From assembly GCA_963696045.1 (NCBI GenBank), contig CAVOIR010000007.1, positions 20,665-84,664 on the forward strand: a stretch of 64,000 nt of DNA. The letters run 5' to 3'. The stretch comes from an uncultured Chloroflexia bacterium (GTDB taxonomy: Bacteria > Chloroflexota > Limnocylindria > Limnocylindrales > CSP1-4). The notes beneath the pieces were generated by a model that was not told the origin of the DNA, ran no database searches, and saw only the letters and a list, made by a program, of their open reading frames with translations. A program made the position numbers and the translations under genes. Below are positions 8,379 to 18,937 of the stretch, in pieces (within the stretch, counting starts at the first letter, position 1; the number at the start of each line of letters is the position of its first letter).

Positions 8379-10112
8379 GCGCCAGCCAGCCAGCGGTCGG
8401 CCGAGCAGCCCCGACCGTCAGCCCGCTCGACGCCTGGCGCGGCGTTCTCGTGGTCGGGCTGATCGCGGGCGCGGTGGTCATCTACCTCTGCGTCGTGGGC
8501 ATCGTGCCGATCTTCGGCGAGCGGCCGCTCATCGACGAGGCCGTGACCCTGGGCGAGGCCGCGCTCCTCATCACCGGACTGGCGTCCGGGTACATCGCCG
8601 CCCAGCGTGCACCGGCCGGCCCCATCGCCGCCATCGGCGGCGGGATGCTGGCCGGCCTCATCGCCGGAGCATTCCTGGCCGCGCTCATCCTCCTCAGCGC
8701 CGCCTTCGCGCTGCGCTCATTCCTGCCCAACGTCTCGCCCGATCTTCTTGACATCCTCACGTTCGAGAGCGATCCCGCGGTCAACGGCTTCTGGATGCCA
8801 GTCCTCGGCGGAGCGGTGCTGGGCCTCGTCGGCGCCATCCTCGCCGTGCTGCCGAGCGTCCTGCGCGGACTCATCGTCGCCAACCTCGTGGCGCTGTTCG
8901 CGATGGGCCTGTTCGCGGGCCTGATCCGGACACCCATGCTCTCCGGCCTGCTCGCGAACGAGGCTCGCACGGTCTTCGCGTCGGACGGCCTGACGCTCAC
9001 CGGCGCGCTCCTCACCGTCGTGGTCGTCTCGGCAGCCTACCTCGCCTGGGTCGGTCTTCGGGTCCGGCAGCGGGTGCGCGCGATGCCCGACCAGCAGCGA
9101 CGGGTCGCCACCATCCCCGTGTCGATCGTCCTGCTGATGTTCATCGTCTGGCTGCCGCTGGGCATGGGTCCCTTCGTGGCCCAGGCCGTGGCCCTCATCG
9201 CCCTCTACATCCTCATGGGCCTGGGCCTCAACATCACGCTGGGCCTGGCGGGCCTCCTCGACCTGGGCTTCGTGGCGTTCTTCGCCGTGGGCGCCTACAC
9301 GGTCGCCCTGCTGACATCGACCGGGTCCGTTCGGTATCGCGGACATCTCGTTCTGGTTCGCGGTCCCCTTCGCCATCATCGCGGCCATGGCCTTCGGCGT
9401 CTTCCTGGGCCTGCCCATCCTGGGCATCCGCGGCGACTACCTGGCCATCGCGACCCTCGGGTTCGGCGAGATCATCGCCATCCTCGCCAGGTCCGACCTG
9501 CTGAAGCCGTGGCTCGGCGGTCCGCAGGGCATCCTCAACATCCCGCCGCCCATCGCCGTCGCGGTCACCGACTTCCTGAATGGTCCGGTGCAGATCTACT
9601 ACATCGCATTGGTCTGCGCGGCGGTCGTCGCCTTCGTGGCCTATCGGCTGCGCGGCTCTCGCCTCGGGCGCGCCTGGCTGGCCATCCGCGAGGACGAGGA
9701 CGTGGCCGAGGCGCTGGGCGTCAACCTCGTCCAGACGAAGACCCTGGCCTACATGCTGGGGGCTGCCTTCGCGGGCCTCGGCGGCGCGATCTTCGCGGCC
9801 GACTTCATCGGCTCGGTCTTCCCGAGCAGCATCAACATCCTCGTGTCCATCAACGTGGCGGCCATCGTCATCGTCGGCGGCATGGGCAGCATCCCTGGCG
9901 TCGTGCTGGGCGCCATCGTGCTCATCGGCCTGCCCGAGCTCTTCCGCGAGTTCTCCGAGTACCGCTTCCTCTTCTACGGCATCGTCCTCATGCTCATGAT
10001 GCGCTTCCGCCCGGAGGGCCTCTGGCCGTCGCGCATCGGCCGTCGCGAGATGCACGGTGCGGAGGCACCGGCGACGGCTCTGCCCCTCGACGCCACCACG
10101 GAGGCCAGCTGA
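8375..10112 (+). CDS. livM: branched-chain amino-acid ABC transporter permease LivM with a long N-terminal membrane extension; one frame shift near 9325
   Basis: ORF 8375.. is credible up to [33 protein letters not shown]. It then continues in the frame of ORF 9387..10112: [49 protein letters not shown]...[15 protein letters not shown]...[12 protein letters not shown]. Confidence 0.8.
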
Positions 10113-10115
10113 GCC

Positions 10116-10927
10116 ATGGCCCTGCTGGAGGTCAGCGGCGCGACCAAGCGCTTCGGCGGGCTGCTGGCCGTCAACGCGCTCGACTTCACGCTCGACGAGG
10201 GCGCCATCGTCAGCGTCATCGGCCCCAACGGCGCGGGCAAGACGACGTTCTTCAACTGCATCGCCGGCTTCTATCAGATCGACGAAGGCAGCATCGTCCT
10301 GGACGGGTTCCCCATCCACGAGCTGCGCCCGGACCGCATCGCCCACATGGGCCTCTCGCGCACGTACCAGAACATCCGGCTCTTCCGGGGCATGACCGCG
10401 CTCGAGAACGTCCTCGTCGGCGCCCACCAGCACCTCGTCTCAGGCTGGGTCAGGTCGGTCCTGCGCACGCCCGGTCAGCGCGAGGAGGAGCGGTCCGCCG
10501 TGGCCGAGGCGGAGGAGCTCCTGGCGTACGTGGGCCTCGCCGGCCGGAGCGACATCCAGGCCTCCAGCCTGCCCTATGGCGACCAGCGTCGGCTCGAGAT
10601 CGCCCGGGCCCTGGCCACGCGACCGCGCATCCTGCTGCTCGATGAGCCGACGGCCGGCATGAACCCCGCCGAGACGGCCGAGACGACGGCCCTCATCCGC
10701 CGCCTCCGTGACGAGCGCGGCATCACCATCCTGCTCATCGAGCATGCCATGCGCGTGGTCATGGGCATCTCCGAGCGCATCACGGTCCTCGACTACGGCC
10801 AGCGCATCGCCGAGGGCACGCCGGCGGAGATCCAGCGCGACCAGCGGGTCATCGAGGCCTACCTGGGCAAGGGCGCCGGCGCGAGTCAGCGCCGCTGCGC
10901 CCCGAGCAGGCGCAGGACAGGGCCTGA
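10116..10927 (+). CDS. livG: branched-chain amino-acid ABC transporter ATP-binding protein LivG; as sequenced it has no in-frame stop before livF
   Basis: [47 protein letters not shown] (Walker A), [41 protein letters not shown] 25-codon linker runs in frame into the livF ATG. A TGA at 10925..10927 exists in another frame. Confidence 0.75.
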
Positions 10928-10928
10928 C

Positions 10929-11644
<716 letters not shown>

Positions 11645-11647
11645 CGC

Positions 11648-12617
11648 TCACCCGCGCCGAGGGCGCTGGCGACCTGATATCCGGCGCCAGCTAGCCGCCG
11701 CCGCCGTGGCCGTGCATGCTGCCGCCGAGCCCGGAGACGTCCCCCGGCGTCGTCGAGCGCCCGGCGGCTCGTGGTCCGGCGACGGCTCGTCGAAGAGCGA
11801 GGGCGGGCGCGGCTCGGTCGCCGTCGGCGCCCGGGCGCCCTCGCTCAGGAAGCGGCGCAGGAACTCCTTGGTGGCCTCCTGCTGGGGGTCGTCGAGCACC
11901 TGTTCGGGCGGTCCCTCCTCGACGACCACGCCGCCCTCGAGGTAGAGCACGCGGTCGGCCGCCTCGCGCGCGAAGGCCATCTCGTGGGAGACCACGATCA
12001 TCGTGGCGCCCTCGTGCGCGAGCCCCGCCATGACCACGATGACCTCGCCGATGAGGTCCGGGTCGAGCGCGCTGGTGGGCTCGTCGAAGAGCAGGACCTG
12101 GGGCTCCATGCAGAGGGCGCGGGCGATGGCGGCGCGCTGCTTCTCGCCGCCGGACATGCGGGCCGGATACTCGTCGCGCTTGTCGAGCAGGCGGACCTTG
12201 GCGAGGAACCGCTTCCGCCGTGGCGACGGCCTCGCTCGCGGCGTCAGGCCCTTGACGTGCATGGGCGCCTCGATGCAGTTCTCGAGCACGCTCATGTGCG
12301 GGAAGAGGTTGAACTCCTGGAAGACCATGCCCGTGTGCTGGCGGATCTGGCGGATGTCCGAGGCTCGCCCCCGGCCGGCCTGCTGGAGCGGGTCGGCGTC
12401 GACGCGTCAGGCCGCCGATGCTCACGCGGCCGCGCGTGGGCTCCTCGAGGAAGTTGAGGCAGCGCAGGAAGGTCGTCTTGCCGGAGCCGGAGCGGCCGAT
12501 GAGCACGACGGTCTCGTGCTGCCGTACCGCCAGGCTGACGCCGCGCAGGACATGGTTGGTGCCGAAGTACTTCTCGACGTCGGTGGCCTCGAGGACCACG
12601 TCGCCAAGCGCCACCAT
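11648..12617 (-). CDS. polar amino-acid ABC transporter ATP-binding protein (GlnQ/HisP type); at least 2 frame shifts; 3' end uncertain
   Basis: ATG at 12617: MVALGDVVLEATDVEKYFGTNHVLRGVSLAVRQHETVVLIGRSGSGKTTFLRCLNFLEEPT. Continues in ORF 11648..12328(-): MVFQEFNLFPHMSVLENC...MSGGEKQRAAIARALCMEPQVLLFDEPTSALDP...VVSHEMAFAREAADRVLYLEGG. The last ~60 codons are low-complexity, so the true stop may be earlier or in another frame. Confidence 0.75.
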
Positions 12618-13464
12618 CAGCGGTCACCCCGGGCCATGCGGTGCTCGAGCCTCTCCTGGAAGTACGAGAAGATGATGGTGAGGATCCAGTAGACGCCGGC
12701 TGCCAGCAGCAGCGTCTCAAGCGATCGGAAGTTGGCCGTGCCGATGGTCTTGGAGCGCCAGAGCAGCTCCTGGACGCCGATGAACGACACCAGGGCCGAG
12801 TCCTTGATCATGGCGATGAACTCGTTGCCGATGGCCGGCGTGACGATGCGGATGGCCTGCGGCATGACGATGCGGCTCATGATGCGGCGCTGGCGCATGC
12901 CCAGCGCCAGGGCCGCCTCGCGCTGCCCGACGGGCACGGCCTCGATGCCGGCCCGGAAGATCTCCGTGAGATAGGCCCCGTAGTTGAAGGCCAGGGCGAA
13001 GATGCCCAGCACGATGCCCGGGATCTTGGCGGCCTCCGGGAAGAGCTGCGGCAGGGCCAGGTAGACGAAGAGGATCTGGAAGATGAGCGGCGTGCCGCGC
13101 ACCGCGGAGACGTACAGCGTGGCCACCGCGTAGATCGGCGCGCGTCTTCGAGATCCGGCCCAAGGCGCCGATGAGGGCGAGGACGATGGCTCCGGCGATG
13201 GAGGCGACCGAGATGAAGATCGTCAGCGGCGCGCCACCGAGGATGTACAGCCCTTGCTCGGCGATGAAGGGGAAGTCGAAGCGGTCGATGCTGACGAGCC
13301 AGCAGCGTGAAGCCACCGATGAGCACGATCCAGGTGATGGCGAAGGCCGTGCGGAAGCGCAGCCGGTGACGTGCCGTGGCCGCGGCGATCTGCGCCACGA
13401 TGGGGTCGGCCGTCATCCCCTCCGGGACGCCGCCCTGCGGGCGGCGCAGGCTATCGACGGTCAT
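12617..13464 (-). CDS. polar amino-acid ABC transporter permease (His/Glu/Gln/Arg family); 2 frame shifts
   Basis: Joins ORFs 12877..13464(-), 12717..13316(-) and 12617..13126(-): FAITWIVLIGGF / FDFPFIAEQGLYILGGAPLTIFISVASIAGAIVLALIGALGRIS / VRGTPLIFQILFVYLALPQL...AGIEAVPVGQREAALALGMRQRRIMSRIVMPQAIRIVTPAIGNEFIAMIKDSALVSFIGV. Confidence 0.8.
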
Positions 13465-13531
13465 GGCCGCAACGTCTCGGACCGTCGAGGGCGCGCGGAT
13501 CGCCGCTCGCCGATCGTGGCTGGGAACGGGA

Positions 13532-14383
13532 CTACTCCCCGACCTTCTTGGTGAGGTCGATGCCGTACCACTTCTGGCTGAGCTCGCTGAGCGTGCCGTC
13601 AGCGTGCATCTCGCCGACGATGGCGTCCACGGCGGCGACGAGGGAGTCGTTGTCGGCGACGGACTTGTCGAAGGCGACCGCCAGAGGCTCGTAGAACACG
13701 GGGTCCCCCAGCTTCACGATGGGCAGACCGTCGGCGATGGCGTCCTCCACGGTCGTCGACGAGGCCAGCCAGCCCTCGAAGTCGATCCGACCGAGGCCCC
13801 ATTCCTGTGCGCAGTCGCGGTCGGTGGGGCGAGTCACCGGGATGGAGCCCTCGGGCGCGACGGTGGTCGGGGTCTCGGTGCCGAAGTCGAGCGTGCCGCC
13901 CATCCATTCCAGGTAGGACGTGGCCTCACCCATGCAGATGGTCTTGCCAGCCAGGCCCTCGGGGGTGGTGATGCCGGTGTCCGCGTGGGCCGCCAGCTGC
14001 GCCGGCGTGTAGTAATAGGGCTGCGTGAAGTCGAGGACCTCCTGGCGCTCTGACGTGATCGTCATGGAGCCCACGCTGAAGTCCCAGCGATCGCCCCACG
14101 AGCCGGCCGTGATGAGCACCCAGTCAGGCGTCTCGAGCTGGAGGGCGACGCCGAGGCGCTCGGCGATCTCGGTGCCCACGTCGACGTCGAAGCCGACGAT
14201 GACGCCGTCGACGAGCTCGGACTGCGGCGGATAGGCCGGATCGGTGGACATCCGGATGACGCCGGCGTCGAGGATGCGCTGGAGGTGATCGGGCTCCTGC
14301 GCTGCTGCGGGCGCGGCCGCGAGGCTGAGCGTCAGCAGGACCGCTGACCCGGTGACGACGATGCGTCGACGATGCTCCCCCAT
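13532..14383 (-). CDS. amino-acid ABC transporter substrate-binding protein (family 3)
   Basis: AGGAGG RBS, then ATG 14383: MGEHRRRIVVTGSAVLLTLSLAAAPAAAQE (signal peptide), VIRMSTDPAYPPQSEL..., FTQPYYYTPAQL, SELSQKWYGIDLT. The frame is intact. Confidence 0.8.
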   Translation of the reverse strand: MGEHRRRIVVTGSAVLLTLSLAAAPAAAQEPDHLQRILDAGVIRMSTDPAYPPQSELVDGVIVGFDVDVGTEIAERLGVALQLETPDWVLITAGSWGDRWDFSVGSMTITSERQEVLDFTQPYYYTPAQLAAHADTGITTPEGLAGKTICMGEATSYLEWMGGTLDFGTETPTTVAPEGSIPVTRPTDRDCAQEWGLGRIDFEGWLASSTTVEDAIADGLPIVKLGDPVFYEPLAVAFDKSVADNDSLVAAVDAIVGEMHADGTLSELSQKWYGIDLTKKVGE

Positions 14384-14526
14384 CCTGGTGACCTCCTGCG
14401 TGTCTGTGGGTCGCATCGGTATACCACGCCCCGATCCCGCTGGGCATGGACCGAATGGCCCGATGGCAGTCGTCCACATAGCCCCTCGCGACGCCGAGCT
14501 GTCGGCGCTCGCCGTACACTTGCCGC

Positions 14527-15282
14527 GTGGATGCCGAAGGCTGGCTGACGAGCGAACTGGCCTCCTTCGGCTGCGCCGCCTGCGGGCAGCCCTACGGCGA
14601 GGCCCAGATCCGCCTCATCGCCCAGCGCGACGAGCTCTACTTCGTGGACCTCTCCTGTCCCCATTGCGGCTCCCAGGCCGTCGCCATCGTGACCATCCAG
14701 GTCGATGGCGAGGCGGCGACCTCGAGGCGGCCTGTGGCCGCTCGCGCGACCGGCGAGCGACGGGAGTCGACCGGCCGCCGGCCATCACGCGTCGACGACG
14801 TCATCGACGCCCACGCCCTGCTCCGGGACTTCGAGGGCGACCTGCCACCAGCTCGTCGAGCGCTTCGAGAGGCCGGCCCCTTGAGCCCGACGCCCCGCTT
14901 CGCCCACGCCAGCGAGGCGGAGCTGGCGCGCATCCTCGACTACTACAAGGTCGAGTGGCTCTACGAGCCCCACGTCTTCCCCATCCGCTGGAACACCGAG
15001 GGCGTCGTGGTGGAGTCCTTCACGCCCGATTTCTACCTGCCCGAGCTCGAGATGTACGTGGAGCTCACGACGCTCAAGCAGAGCCTCGTGCGCAAGAAGA
15101 ACCGCAAGCTGCGGCACCTGCGCGAGCTCTACCCGATGGTCCGCATCAAGCTCTTCTACGCCCGCGATTTCCGGGCCCTGCTGCTGAAGTACGGCCGCCT
15201 CGACGCCGCCGCGTCGCTCATCGGCATCGATGGCCAGGCGCCGCCCCGGCGCGCCGCCGCGGATCGAGGCCGAGGCTGCTGA
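14527..15282 (+). CDS. hypothetical protein: N-terminal CxxC...CxxC zinc ribbon plus a C-terminal restriction-endonuclease-like (PD-D/ExK-like) region
   Basis: GTG start. FGCAACGQPYG...LSCPHCGS (4-Cys ribbon), DDVIDAHALLRDFEGDL, then ASEAELARILDYYKVEWLYEPHVFPI...ESFTPDFYLPELEMYVELTTLKQSLVRKKNRKLRHLRELYP. The fold assignment rests on motif resemblance only. Confidence 0.5.
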   Translation: MDAEGWLTSELASFGCAACGQPYGEAQIRLIAQRDELYFVDLSCPHCGSQAVAIVTIQVDGEAATSRRPVAARATGERRESTGRRPSRVDDVIDAHALLRDFEGDLPPARRALREAGPLSPTPRFAHASEAELARILDYYKVEWLYEPHVFPIRWNTEGVVVESFTPDFYLPELEMYVELTTLKQSLVRKKNRKLRHLRELYPMVRIKLFYARDFRALLLKYGRLDAAASLIGIDGQAPPRRAAADRGRGC

Positions 15283-15382
15283 CGAGCCGACGCCCGCGCT
15301 TCCGGTCGCTGGCCGTCCCGGTCACGACCGCCCGGCCATCGGCTGACCAGTCCCACGTCGCCGACGAGAGGAGCAGCAGCGG

Positions 15383-15936
<554 letters not shown>

Positions 15937-15940
<4 letters not shown>

Positions 15941-16389
15941 GGCGCGGCCTGGGGCGAGGTCGCACGCTCATCGGCCTGGGCGCGCTCCTGGCCATCTGCT
16001 CGATGCCCCTGCCCTGGCTGACGGTGGGCGGCATCGTCCTCTCCGCCGAGACCGCCAGCGGCTTCGACCTCGCCCGGCGTTTCGGCGAGGACGCCGCAGC
16101 GGGTGGCTGCCTGCTCATGTTCCTGGCCGCTGCCGCATCCCTCGGACTCATCGTCCTGCCCTACGCCACGAAGGGTGGACAGGCGACGCTGGACCGGCCT
16201 GTGAGCTACGTGGTCCTGCAGGTCATCGCGCTGGCGGGCCTCGTGGCATCTGGCGCCAGCCTGCTGGCGACGGAGGGCAGCAGCCTGGTGCCGGCTGACG
16301 CGCCCGGGCTCTGGCTGGCGATCGCCGGCGTGGCCATCGCCAGCTGGGGGGTCCTCGAGCTCCTGGCGGAGCGGCCTCAGCAGCCCTGA
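15937..16389 (+). CDS. hypothetical membrane protein (about 4 TM segments)
   Basis: Its GTG overlaps the hpt stop (GTGA). Hydrophobic segments: LIGLGALLAICSMPLPWL, CLLMFLAAAASLGLIVL, VVLQVIALAGLVASGASLL, LWLAIAGVAIASWGVL. Confidence 0.55.
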
Positions 16390-16487
16390 CCCCCACCCGC
16401 GCCGCGCCCAGCCGACGGGCGGCCCGCCGGATATACTCCCTCCCAGTATCCGTCACCCTCCCACGCCAGGCCGAACCAGGAGGAGCA

Positions 16488-16844
16488 TTGGTCAGCCCGA
16501 CGGGCACCTCGCGAAGGCGCTCACCCACCAGTGAGACGCGACCCTACGCCAGGGACCGGGCGCAGATCCTGCGTCGCCTGGCCCGCATGGAGGGCCAGGT
16601 CCGCGGCATCGCCCGGATGATCGAACGGGACGAGACCTGCGTGGACGTGCTTCAGCAGACCGCCGCGCTGCGCGCCGCCGTGGACTCCGTGACGATGCTC
16701 CTGATGGAGGATCACGTCCACGGCTGCCTGACCCGAGCTCTGCGGTCGGGCGAGAGTGAGGCCGCAGCCGACGAGGTCATGGAGGTGCTGCGCCGCAGCA
16801 TGGGCCGCCCCACGAGGCATACCCGCCCGACCGGCGAGCCGTGA
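16488..16844 (+). CDS. csoR: CsoR/RcnR-family metal-sensing transcriptional repressor
   Basis: AGGAGG RBS, then TTG 16488. ILRRLARMEGQVRGIARMIERDETCVDVLQQTAALRAAVDSVTMLLMEDHVHGC gives a Cys...His...Cys (x-C-H-C) signature. An imperfect dyad GGATATACT-ccctccc-AGTATCC at 16429..16451 lies upstream and contains a TATACT -10-like hexamer. Confidence 0.8.
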   Translation: MVSPTGTSRRRSPTSETRPYARDRAQILRRLARMEGQVRGIARMIERDETCVDVLQQTAALRAAVDSVTMLLMEDHVHGCLTRALRSGESEAAADEVMEVLRRSMGRPTRHTRPTGEP

Positions 16845-16857
16845 CGACCGGCCGGCC

Positions 16858-16932
16858 GGTGGATGCGTCTGTCCACCGTCGCAGGCTGGTTGTCCACACC
16901 CGGTGACGACGCGCAACGAGTTTGGTGGATAA
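16858..16932. promoter_or_regulatory. cluster of four DnaA-box-like 9-mers in the csoR-rsmG intergenic region
   Basis: ggtggatgc (16858, 6/9 on the complement), ctgtccacc (16869, 7/9), ttgtccaca (16890, 9/9 to the actinobacterial consensus TTGTCCACA) and ggtggataa (16924, complement TTATCCACC, 8/9 to TTATCCACA). Confidence 0.35.
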
Positions 16933-17295
16933 CCGTCTTGACGGGCACTTCGCCGGACGCGGACACTGCCCGCCCCTGCACCACGCGGTGCCCTACGTGG
17001 TGTCGTGCAGTGGCGGAGTACGGGTAACGCGGCCGGGACGAGGCGCGGAGGGATCCGCGCGCCAGCATCGTCCGGGCGGCGGAAGACCGAAACGTCGGGG
17101 TGCGAGGAACGTCCCAGCGCCGGGAGCGGCTATGGCCCGGGTGACGAGCTCGCGACGACGACCGCGAGCCGGCCACGAGGAGGGTCGCTCCCGGCGCTTT
17201 CCCTTGCCTCGGCCGGTGCGAGGGCTCTGACGCTGGCCGAGCGACCGCGTGCTCCGCGCCGGGAGCTGCCCAGCGATCCGTGGCCGCTCGAGCCC

Positions 17296-18072
17296 ATGGG
17301 CGCGGCGTTCGACCATGTCGTCTCTGAAGGGCTGTCGGAGCTGGGCCTGGGCGCGTCTGCGGCAGGATCGGCAGCCGCCCGGCGGAGCTACGAGGCGCAT
17401 GCCCGCCTCCTGCGTGACTGGGGCAGCGCCATCAACCTGACAGCCATCCGCGACCCGGCCGAGGTCGCTCGTCGCCACGTCTGTGACTCGCTGAGCGCCG
17501 TGCCGCGGATGACAGCGACGCTCCGGCCGGGCAGCGCCCTGCTGGACCTCGGGAGCGGCAGCGGCTACCCGGGTCTGCCTCTGGCCGCGGCGCTGTCGCT
17601 CGGTCGGATCGGGCTCCTCGAGTCTGTCGGCAAGAAGGCCCGTTTCCTGTCCGTGGCCGGGGCTGCGGTCCGGACGACCCTGCTCGACGGGTCACCACCG
17701 GATGCCTCGGTGCCCATGATCGAGGCCATCCCCGAGCGGGCTGAGGACCTGGCCGAAGAACCATCCGATCGGGCTGCCTGGGATGTCGTGACGGCCCGCG
17801 CCGTCGGTTCGCTGGCCGAGGTCCTGGAGCTGGCGCTCCCCCTGCTCCGTGAGGGTGGGCTCGTCGTGGCCTGGAAGCGCGAGGAGGATGGCGGCGGCCT
17901 GCGCACCGAGCTCCGCGAGGCCGGCCCGATCATCCGCGCCGCAGGCGGCGGACGCCCGGACGTCGAAGCCGTGACGGTGCCCATGCTGACCGGCCACCGC
18001 CTCGTCGTCGTGTCCAAGGAACGGCCGACCCCAGCGCGCTTTCCACGCGCGGTGGGCGAGCGGCGACGCTGA
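17296..18072 (+). CDS. rsmG: 16S rRNA (guanine527-N7)-methyltransferase RsmG (GidB)
   Basis: Internal ATG 17296 of ORF 17005..18072: YEAHARLLRDWGSAINLTAIRDPAEVARRHVCDSL...LLDLGSGSGYPGLPLAA (SAM motif)...VVTARAVGSLAEVLELALPLLREGGLVVAWK. Confidence 0.85.
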   Translation: MGAAFDHVVSEGLSELGLGASAAGSAAARRSYEAHARLLRDWGSAINLTAIRDPAEVARRHVCDSLSAVPRMTATLRPGSALLDLGSGSGYPGLPLAAALSLGRIGLLESVGKKARFLSVAGAAVRTTLLDGSPPDASVPMIEAIPERAEDLAEEPSDRAAWDVVTARAVGSLAEVLELALPLLREGGLVVAWKREEDGGGLRTELREAGPIIRAAGGGRPDVEAVTVPMLTGHRLVVVSKERPTPARFPRAVGERRR

Positions 18073-18146
18073 GGCGGGAGGGCGTTCCGGAGGCACCTGG
18101 CCCACCGGCGGGTCTCACCAACAGGGGCCCTGCTACGCTCGGGACG

Positions 18147-18869
18147 ATGCGTGTGGCCGTCCTCTCCGACATCCACTCCAACGCGCATGCCCTTGACGCC
18201 GTCCTCGAAGCCGTCGCCCCGACCGACCGGCTCTGGGTCCTCGGCGACATCGTGGGCTACGGGCCGCATCCCGACGGGGTGGTCGAGCGGCTCGCGGCCG
18301 AGGGCGCCATCGCGGTGCAGGGCAACCATGACGCGGCCGTGCTCGGCCGCATCCCCATCTCGACCTTCAACGAGGCCGCGCGCGCGGCCGTGGAGTGGAC
18401 GGCCGAGACGATCTCGACGGCCACGCGCGACTGGCTGGCCGCTCAGCCGGACCGGCGCGAGGTCGGTGCCTTCACCCTCGTCCACGGCAGCCCTCGCGAC
18501 CCTCTCTGGGAGTACCTCCTCTCGATCCCGACGGCGCGCGTCAACCTGGGGGCCTTCACGACGAGCCACTGCCTCGTCGGCCACACCCACATCCCGATCG
18601 CCTACCGCGATGAGGACGGACGTCTCTCGGTCATCCGAGCCCAGGACAGCACCCATCTCAGCCTGGACGGCCGGCGGACCATCCTCAACCCCGGCAGCGT
18701 GGGACAGCCCCGTGATGGCGACCCACGGGCGGGTGCCCTGCTCATCGACACCGAGACGGGTGAGGTCGAGTGGCGGCGCATCGAGTATCCGATCGAGGCC
18801 ACCCGCCGGGCCATGCGCGAGCTGCCGCTCCCCCGTGCCCTGTCCGACCGCCTGCTTCGCGGCCGCTGA
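18147..18869 (+). CDS. metallophosphoesterase (calcineurin-like, YfcE/MJ0936 group)
   Basis: MRVAVLSDIHSN, LWVLGDIVGYGP, VQGNHD, LVHGSP, VGHTH, NPGSVGQPRDGD: a full phosphoesterase motif set. Confidence 0.85.
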   Translation: MRVAVLSDIHSNAHALDAVLEAVAPTDRLWVLGDIVGYGPHPDGVVERLAAEGAIAVQGNHDAAVLGRIPISTFNEAARAAVEWTAETISTATRDWLAAQPDRREVGAFTLVHGSPRDPLWEYLLSIPTARVNLGAFTTSHCLVGHTHIPIAYRDEDGRLSVIRAQDSTHLSLDGRRTILNPGSVGQPRDGDPRAGALLIDTETGEVEWRRIEYPIEATRRAMRELPLPRALSDRLLRGR

Positions 18870-18937
18870 CGCAGACACCCCGGCGCGGTCGCGCCGACGC
18901 CGGAGGTCCGGCCCGCTTATCCTCCGCGGATACCTCG

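Noticed and set aside
9330-10645. The 3' parts of the long ORFs 8375..10645 and 10116..11945, and the 3' part of 5826..7130.
   Set aside because: After the frame-shift points these translate to Arg/Pro/Gly/His-rich nonsense. The true LivM, LivF and binding-protein sequences continue in neighbouring frames.
16858-16932. Calling the DnaA-box cluster the chromosomal origin (oriC).
   Set aside because: There is no AT-rich unwinding element nearby and no dnaA, dnaN or parAB in the window. I keep it only as a candidate DnaA-binding site.
16845-17295. Possible tmRNA, RNase P RNA, SRP RNA or tRNA in the csoR-rsmG gap.
   Set aside because: I looked for the diagnostic strings (GGAAAGTCCGG-type RNase P core, GGAAGCAGCC-type SRP helix 8, an alanine-rich tag ORF ending in a stop, a GGTTCGAATCC-type T-arm) and found none. 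I cannot rule out other RNAs without a covariance search.
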